Source: Pachysolen tannophilus NRRL Y-2460 (Eukaryota). From it: a DNA stretch of 64,000 nucleotides. The stretch is taken from contig KV454015.1 of assembly GCA_001661245.1 (NCBI GenBank), forward strand, positions 856,924 through 920,923, in the 5' to 3' direction. Below are positions 57,385 to 64,000 of this stretch, piece by piece (the first letter of the stretch is position 1; each line of letters starts with the position of its first letter). The notes beneath the pieces were generated by a model. That model was not told the DNA's origin. It searched no databases and saw only the letters and a list, made by a program, of their open reading frames with translations. Made by a program: the position numbers and the translations under genes.

Positions 57385-57821
57385 TTACTAATTTTAAATA
57401 AGACAAATAAAAAAAACAAAAAACAGTGACTAATTAATAATGTCAAACTCCTTTAATTCCTTAAAGTCTTTGTCTTTTCCTCATTTATTTTTTCGCTATA
57501 AATGGACTTGTTACCGAATGCGGCAATTATCTTTGTTTCAGTTACAGAACCTTCTAGAACTTTAGTGACAGAATACACGACTACAAGGATTGAAATTTAA
57601 GAGAGAACGAGAGATAGATAAAGAAAAAGCGCTTTCACTATCGCATGTGCGTGTGCACTTAGTAACGCAAAAAAAGAAAAAGAAAATGAAAAACTTAGAA
57701 AAGAGAGCGCGCAGATACTCTTTTACAAGTAACATTTTCTTCTCGGAAATAAGTATGATCCTAGAAGTAATGTCCGAGAGATAGAAAATATTGGAGATCA
57801 AATTGACTCAATTTTACGTCA
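57385..57821. promoter_or_regulatory. RPN4 stress promoter: HSE, Yap1, Gcn4 and CRE-like sites
   Basis: aGAAccTTCtaGAAc at 57546-57560, TTACTAA at 57385, TTAGTAA at 57659, TGACTCA at 57804, TTACGTCA at 57814. Confidence 0.65.
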
Positions 57822-57924
57822 ATACCATACATAAAATAGTTATATAATGAATGAACATATAATTAATAATAGTTATAGCAGAAATTTGTAGTTTCCCTCC
57901 GGTAACTCTCAGTAAACAAAAATG

Positions 57925-57955
<31 letters not shown>

Positions 57956-58065
57956 GATAAAAAAAAAATTAAAAATAAATATTATACTAAAATTGGGTGT
58001 AAATAAAATAGAGAAAAAAAAAAAAAATAAAAAATTCACATTGGCAATGGGCTATGTGAACTTGG

Positions 58066-61000
58066 TTATTCCTCATCATCTGTATCCACCGGTTTTGGTG
58101 TACCTTTTGGAGAACTTAACCACTCGATATGACGTAATCTTCTTCTTTCTTCTTGTAATTTTTTCTCATTTCTAGTCATCTTCTTCTTTCTAATTCTTAC
58201 TTTAATATTAGCTGGAGAATCATCATCATCAACTCTTTTCTTTGTAGATGTTGCCTCGGTTGCATTACCTCCGTCTTCAAATCTTGATTGATCGATTTCA
58301 GCAACACCTTTTTGAACCATGGTTCCGTTTTCAACAATCCATTGTTCTGGACATAAAGCACCAACAAATTCGCTATTATGAGAAATCATAACAACACCAC
58401 CAGACCAATCTCTAATTGCTACAGCCAATCCTCCTAAGGAGTCTCTATCAAGATAATTGGTAGGTTCATCTAAAACCAATAAATGAGGGTTGTTCCACAT
58501 AGCACCTGCAATAACAACTTTGACTAATTGTCCTCCAGATAATGATCCAAGTAAAGTATGATCAGCAATATCACCATCTAATCCAACATCTTCAAAATGT
58601 TTACGAATAACTGTAGGAGTCAACTCACGATATCCTAAACCTTCTCTTGAGGCTTCATGATCATCAAATTTTTGTACTAATTTAGAAAAACCTTCTTCAA
58701 CTAATAATTCTCTTGGTACCCATGAATTATATTTTGGTAACCAAAATTTCCATTTAACTTCATATTGGAAAGATTTTTTCAATTTTTGTCTACCAACAAT
58801 GGCTTCAATAGCTCTTTTACCTCTTCCATCATTAACATCAATTTCCTTTTCCATCATTTGTCTTTCTTCATCAGAAATCTTACGAGATTCTTTTAATAAA
58901 ACTTCTCTATCATCACCAAATTTATATCTCCATTGTAAATATTGATTAGCTGTTTTCTCCTTATGCATCTCAACATGTTGTAAAGCATGTTGCGCTATAT
59001 AACCAATACGTAAATTTGGATGTTTTTCAACTTTCCCCTCTTGAGGAACTAATTCACCTGTTAATAATTTAATCAAAGTTGATTTACCTGCACCGTTAGG
59101 ACCTAAAACAGCAACCCTTGAAGATAAAGATAATGAACATGAAACACCGCTCAACGATGGCTTTGAAGCTCCTGGGTAAGTAAATGAAACATTTGACATT
59201 TTAGCAACAGCTCTAGTATTAGATTTGACACCAGTTAAAATACCAGGAGGAGGGAAAGCCATCTTAACATTTGAATCTGTTAAAGTATAGTAGGATTTAC
59301 CTTCTGGTTTAACTTTAACAAATTCAGATAAATTACCTTTGTAATAAGCCAATTTTTTATTTTCGTAATGAATGATATCGGTACAAACTGTATCCAAAAA
59401 TCCAGAATCATGGGAAACAATTAAAGATGTGATATCAGTGTGAGAGACCAAGTAATCTTCTAACCATTTAACATTTGAAACATCCAAATGATTAGTAGGT
59501 TCATCTAATAATAAAACATCCGCCTTCATTAACATGGCTCTTGCTAATTCCAATTTCATCTTCCATCCACCAGATAAAGAACCAACATGCTGTGATCTTC
59601 TAAATTCATCGAAACCAACTTCATTCAAAGCATTAGATATATCTTCTCTTGAAACTCCTTGTAATTCTGGATCAGAAGCAATAAATGAAACCAAATCCAT
59701 ATCAGCTTCTGAACCTTGCAATTTATGTTCGACAAAACAAGTTCTCAATTCTGATTTATCTGGGAAACCTTCTAATTGGCCATTGGCAATGGATCTCATT
59801 AAAGTCGATTTACCAGCACCGTTACGACCACATAAACCATATCTATGACCTTTTAATAATCTCAAGTTAGTCTTATTTAATAACATTCTACCACCATAAG
59901 CTAAAGAAAAATCTGAATTTACAATTTCAATACCATCATCATCATTACTTTCTACAGCTGCTGGTGTGAATAATTCTCTCAATTGGTGTATCAAATTTTC
60001 AACAAATTCAGTTTTAGTTGTCTCATTTTCCAAATAACTAGATAATGCCATTTGTAAATATTCTTTCAATCTTTTCCAATCATTAACGTTAGCATCTGCA
60101 GCCAAGATAACACTTAAATAGTTTAAGATTACTTCATCAGTAATACTTAAACTGTCAAAATATTTTCTAGCGTCTTCTGGAGCAATTCTACCGTGGAATT
60201 TACCATCAGATTTCTCAGCATCGGCATCTTCCAAGACTTGTAAAGCTTTTGCAGCTAATTCTCTAACTTCCGGTAATGATGCAGTATCAACGACTTTCTT
60301 AACACCTGGTAATAAGATTGGTATAAAACTTTCAATTTCTCTCTTGTTATTAACTAATCTTGTTAAATTTTCAGTAACAATAACAGTTTGTCTTAATTGT
60401 TCTTGTGAAGAAGAGGATAATTTTAAAGAGGTGGATAAAATTGGTACTAATAAGGATAAAGCAGGTTCTGTAACTTCAGCAACAAATGTAACAGATGCAA
60501 ATGATTTGATACAGTCTGGAACTTTTCTTGGATCTGCTAAAGTTTCAACAATTGTATTATAACGTGGAGATAAATCCAAATTATCCAATACTTTTACAAA
60601 ATCATTCATTGTCTTTAATCCAACTTTTGCTAATTCAGGTTTAAAGTCAACCGCCATATCGGTTAATATAGGAATAGCATGAATAAATGTCATTTCTAAT
60701 AAATCATTTGGAGCATCTTCAATTAATTTATCAACCATTTTTAAACAACCAACTTTACTTTGCCATTTTGCTGAAGATTTTAAATAAGCCAACAACCCTG
60801 GAAATAATACTGAAGGTAAAGCTTCAACTGGGAACATTCCATAAATTGAGTCTATACAAGATTGTGCAGCTCTTTTTACATTATTTTCTTTATCTGCCAA
60901 CAAATCAAATGCACATGGTAAAAGTTTAACAAAATATGCTTCTGAAGGTGTTTGACCACCAAATTTCCTGGCTAAAGATGATAATAACAACATACTTGAT

Positions 61001-61437
61001 TCTCTTATCAATGGAGTATTTTTCTGTTTACCTAAAGATTTTAAAACTTCTAATATATTCCATTCATTTATAGCACTGACACCATGTTGAGCAATAACAT
61101 CTACAATTACATCACATTCTTTTCTTACATCGGCAAGTTGTTTAGCATTTTGAATATTCTCCAAATTCCCAGAAATTGGAGATATTTCTAATTTCTTCAA
61201 CGCAGAAGTTAATGAAGTTAACGAAGTTGTTGAAGGTGCATGACTGATTGGAGTACTTATACCACTAGTAGAAGCAGATGACGAGTCAACAGTAACATAA
61301 CCACTACGCTGCTGATCCAACGATGGCGATACACCCAGCACCTTCCTATTCAAACCTCCTCCTTGTTTCTGCTTCATATAATCCTCATAAGATAACTGCG
61401 GCTTTCTACCACCACCAGTTCTATTATTTTGGGACAT
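58066..61437 (-). CDS. NEW1: ABCF/eEF3-like ATPase New1
   Basis: HEAT region, two ABC cassettes (GRNGAGKST, LSGGWKMK; GPNGAGKST, LSGGQ), chromodomain insert, STTSLTSL N-terminal motif and the New1-type C-terminus. Confidence 0.9.
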   Translation of the reverse strand: MSQNNRTGGGRKPQLSYEDYMKQKQGGGLNRKVLGVSPSLDQQRSGYVTVDSSSASTSGISTPISHAPSTTSLTSLTSALKKLEISPISGNLENIQNAKQLADVRKECDVIVDVIAQHGVSAINEWNILEVLKSLGKQKNTPLIRESSMLLLSSLARKFGGQTPSEAYFVKLLPCAFDLLADKENNVKRAAQSCIDSIYGMFPVEALPSVLFPGLLAYLKSSAKWQSKVGCLKMVDKLIEDAPNDLLEMTFIHAIPILTDMAVDFKPELAKVGLKTMNDFVKVLDNLDLSPRYNTIVETLADPRKVPDCIKSFASVTFVAEVTEPALSLLVPILSTSLKLSSSSQEQLRQTVIVTENLTRLVNNKREIESFIPILLPGVKKVVDTASLPEVRELAAKALQVLEDADAEKSDGKFHGRIAPEDARKYFDSLSITDEVILNYLSVILAADANVNDWKRLKEYLQMALSSYLENETTKTEFVENLIHQLRELFTPAAVESNDDDGIEIVNSDFSLAYGGRMLLNKTNLRLLKGHRYGLCGRNGAGKSTLMRSIANGQLEGFPDKSELRTCFVEHKLQGSEADMDLVSFIASDPELQGVSREDISNALNEVGFDEFRRSQHVGSLSGGWKMKLELARAMLMKADVLLLDEPTNHLDVSNVKWLEDYLVSHTDITSLIVSHDSGFLDTVCTDIIHYENKKLAYYKGNLSEFVKVKPEGKSYYTLTDSNVKMAFPPPGILTGVKSNTRAVAKMSNVSFTYPGASKPSLSGVSCSLSLSSRVAVLGPNGAGKSTLIKLLTGELVPQEGKVEKHPNLRIGYIAQHALQHVEMHKEKTANQYLQWRYKFGDDREVLLKESRKISDEERQMMEKEIDVNDGRGKRAIEAIVGRQKLKKSFQYEVKWKFWLPKYNSWVPRELLVEEGFSKLVQKFDDHEASREGLGYRELTPTVIRKHFEDVGLDGDIADHTLLGSLSGGQLVKVVIAGAMWNNPHLLVLDEPTNYLDRDSLGGLAVAIRDWSGGVVMISHNSEFVGALCPEQWIVENGTMVQKGVAEIDQSRFEDGGNATEATSTKKRVDDDDSPANIKVRIRKKKMTRNEKKLQEERRRLRHIEWLSSPKGTPKPVDTDDEE

Positions 61438-61639
61438 CCTCCTTCAAATAATTAATTCAAATCCAACCGTAACAATATTCAAATCAAATTTTTCACAGAA
61501 AAACCAACAAGCAAAATTAAAAAAATAATATAGCTTTAGTCCACTCTCAACTTTCAAACAAACAACAATCCCACTACTTTGATTATTCTTTTTGTTTTAT
61601 ATATTGTATGGTCCTTTTAAAAGTTATACAATTCTCACA

Positions 61640-61650
61640 TGAAAAATTTT
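61640..61650. promoter_or_regulatory. RRPE upstream of NEW1
   Basis: Exact TGAAAAATTTT about 200 bp upstream of the ATG. Confidence 0.55.
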
Positions 61651-61774
61651 CTTTTAATATTTTTCTCTTTACATACATTGTATTACTTTTCAATCTTTTA
61701 AACTGTTTAACGGTATTAAAGATTTCTGCCCCCATTTCATTTTTATTCGCTAACGTGCCCTATGCCCTATGCCT

Positions 61775-61805
<31 letters not shown>

Positions 61806-61901
61806 CTTAAAAGAGTGTTTTGAGATTCTGTGCACGATGGTTTGGACTTCCTTTTTTGTTTTTTCCATTTTCGGATTTTGTGATTTTACACAGACGACTA
61901 G

Positions 61902-61928
61902 AGTGGTGCAAGTGGTGCAAGTGGTGTA
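61902..61928 (+). repeat. Three 9-bp units of AGTGGTG(C/T)A followed by a (GT)n tract
   Basis: AGTGGTGCA AGTGGTGCA AGTGGTGTA; reverse complement of the RAP1-array core. Confidence 0.8.
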
Positions 61929-62035
61929 GTGTGTGTGTGTTTTTTTTTTTTTGATTTTTATTTTTCTTTCCTATATTAAATTAAAGTATGGAGGGAAGCA
62001 CAGTAATTAACTTATCTTTATTTCTTTGGTGAGAA

Positions 62036-62577
62036 ATGAAGACAATCAAGGAAGAGAGTTGTTTGAATGACGGGGCCAGGGATGGCGAGGCCATTGATTC
62101 AATGACTGCGGTGGAATATCTTGAAAAACAGCTAGAATTGTACGTTTATTAATTATACTTTAATGATTTATTTTTTATTTATTTAGTTTTTGAGTAATTT
62201 TGGTGTAACTAACAATTTTTTTTTTTTTTTCTTTTTTTTTTTCATGTAGAGAGAAAGAAGCTAGGGAACTTATGCCTTATGATCCCAATATTTGTACCTA
62301 TACAATTGGTGCTTTACACCAGCAAGTTTATGCTTGTTTGACTTGCCGAGAAAATGATACAAAGAAACCTTATCAGGTATATGTTATTCTTGTTCAATTC
62401 AATGTCATTCTTCTCATGAATTAGTGGAATTATTTTCAAAAAGAGATTTTACTTGCGATTGTGGAACCACTAGAATGAAGTATAATGGGGGTTGTCGGTT
62501 GAGAAATAGGCCAAGTACGAGGAGATCTTCGTTTGCTTCACAATCGTTGTTGGATCTCAATGGCAACGGGAACAACA
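62036..62577 (+). CDS. UBR-box zinc-finger protein (UBR7/Mlo2-like); spliced, with a 1-nt frameshift, and truncated by the gap
   Basis: Exon 1 62036-62139; intron 62140-62249 (GTACGT...AACTAAC...TAG). Gives QLELEKEARELMPYDPNICTY...VYACLTC, then GICYSCSIQCH..HELVELFSKRDFTCDCGT after a shift near 62370. Confidence 0.82.
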
Positions 62578-63352
62578 NNNNNNNNNNNNNNNNNNNNNNN
62601 NNNNNNNNNNNNNNNNNNNNNNNNNNNNNNNNNNNNNNNNNNNNNNNNNNNNNNNNNNNNNNNNNNNNNNNNNNNNNNNNNNNNNNNNNNNNNNNNNNNN
62701 NNNNNNNNNNNNNNNNNNNNNNNNNNNNNNNNNNNNNNNNNNNNNNNNNNNNNNNNNNNNNNNNNNNNNNNNNNNNNNNNNNNNNNNNNNNNNNNNNNNN
62801 NNNNNNNNNNNNNNNNNNNNNNNNNNNNNNNNNNNNNNNNNNNNNNNNNNNNNNNNNNNNNNNNNNNNNNNNNNNNNNNNNNNNNNNNNNNNNNNNNNNN
62901 NNNNNNNNNNNNNNNNNNNNNNNNNNNNNNNNNNNNNNNNNNNNNNNNNNNNNNNNNNNNNNNNNNNNNNNNNNNNNNNNNNNNNNNNNNNNNNNNNNNN
63001 NNNNNNNNNNNNNNNNNNNNNNNNNNNNNNNNNNNNNNNNNNNNNNNNNNNNNNNNNNNNNNNNNNNNNNNNNNNNNNNNNNNNNNNNNNNNNNNNNNNN
63101 NNNNNNNNNNNNNNNNNNNNNNNNNNNNNNNNNNNNNNNNNNNNNNNNNNNNNNNNNNNNNNNNNNNNNNNNNNNNNNNNNNNNNNNNNNNNNNNNNNNN
63201 NNNNNNNNNNNNNNNNNNNNNNNNNNNNNNNNNNNNNNNNNNNNNNNNNNNNNNNNNNNNNNNNNNNNNNNNNNNNNNNNNNNNNNNNNNNNNNNNNNNN
63301 NNNNNNNNNNNNNNNNNNNNNNNNNNNNNNNNNNNNNNNNNNNNNNNNNNNN
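62578..63352. other. Assembly gap
   Basis: Run of N. Confidence 0.99.
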
Positions 63353-63426
63353 AAAAAAAAAAAAACAAATTCTTCATAAATATATACTTATATAATTTGC
63401 ATTTAATCGAAATAGATGGATTTAAT

Positions 63427-64000
63427 TTAGTGACTAACCACAACCGTCTTAATATTTAAATATTCATTAACACCATATTTAGAACCTTCTCTACCAAAAC
63501 CTGAATATCCAACACCACCAAATGGCATAGCTGCTTCAGAAATAACACCCGTATTGGCTCCAATCATACCAACATTAAGTGCTTCTGCAACCCTCAAAAT
63601 CCTACTATAGTCTTTCGAAAAGAAATAGCCAGCAAGTCCTAAATCTGTATCATTTGCGTATGACAAAACTTCTTGTTCTGTCTTGAACTTGATCAAAGGA
63701 GCAATTGGACCAAATGTCTCCTCTTTAGCAATTAACATATCTTGAGTGACATCACCTAAAACGGTTAAACTATGAAAAAATGGACCCAATTCAGGAACTG
63801 ATACACCGCCAGCTAAAACTTTTGCATTTTTGCTCTTTGCATCTTGAATTTGATTTTTAACTTTTTTCAAAGCATTGGCATGGATCAATGGTCCATGAGT
63901 AATACCTTCTTCAAAACCATCCCCTAGTTTTAAACTTTTAACTTTCGAAACCAATTTCTGAGTGTATTCATCATAAACATCTTCGTGAACATAAATCCTA
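63427..64000 (-). CDS. Second succinate-semialdehyde dehydrogenase, 3' part only
   Basis: RIYVHEDVYDEY, THGPLI, EETFGP, LGLAGYFFS and PFGGVGYSGFGREGSKYG; the frame is open to the window end. Confidence 0.85.
   Translation of the reverse strand, partial: RIYVHEDVYDEYTQKLVSKVKSLKLGDGFEEGITHGPLIHANALKKVKNQIQDAKSKNAKVLAGGVSVPELGPFFHSLTVLGDVTQDMLIAKEETFGPIAPLIKFKTEQEVLSYANDTDLGLAGYFFSKDYSRILRVAEALNVGMIGANTGVISEAAMPFGGVGYSGFGREGSKYGVNEYLNIKTVVVSH

Noticed and set aside
3293..60929. Many short antisense or nested ORFs in the track
   Set aside because: They are shadows of real CDSs or low-complexity tracts, with no motifs.

Overview
This is AT-rich, gene-dense budding-yeast (Saccharomycotina) nuclear DNA with two assembly gaps (50068-50383, 62578-63352) and about 28 protein-coding genes. 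In order: partial UGA4, SPO11, a large coiled-coil gene, POP3, HMI1, SEC20, VPS52, RFC4, TRP1, IPP1, PHM7, MAF1, RAD57, UGA2, a secreted ureohydrolase, an RRT8/LDS-like gene, RAP1, DBP3, ERO1, SAC3, SPO7, a yapsin, a Q-rich fungal TF-domain gene, THP1, UPF3, RPN4, NEW1, a UBR7-like gene and a second partial SSADH. Several genes are spliced, so the ORF track misses their starts: SPO11 has 3 introns, and MAF1, the RRT8-like gene, RAP1 and UBR7 have one each. CTG codons fall at Ala positions of conserved motifs, which points to a CUG-Ala yeast (Pachysolen-like). The most striking unexplained structure is a ~190-bp telomere-like ACACCA array with 9/10-bp period in the RAP1 promoter, directly after the DBP3 stop; a 3-unit copy of the motif lies upstream of NEW1. 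It is a candidate Rap1 autoregulatory or roadblock element. Also notable is a divergent SSADH/ureohydrolase pair that shares a 12-bp CGG motif with the UGA4 promoter. Gene names come from recalled family motifs, not database searches. No tRNA, rRNA, transposon or CRISPR array was recognised.
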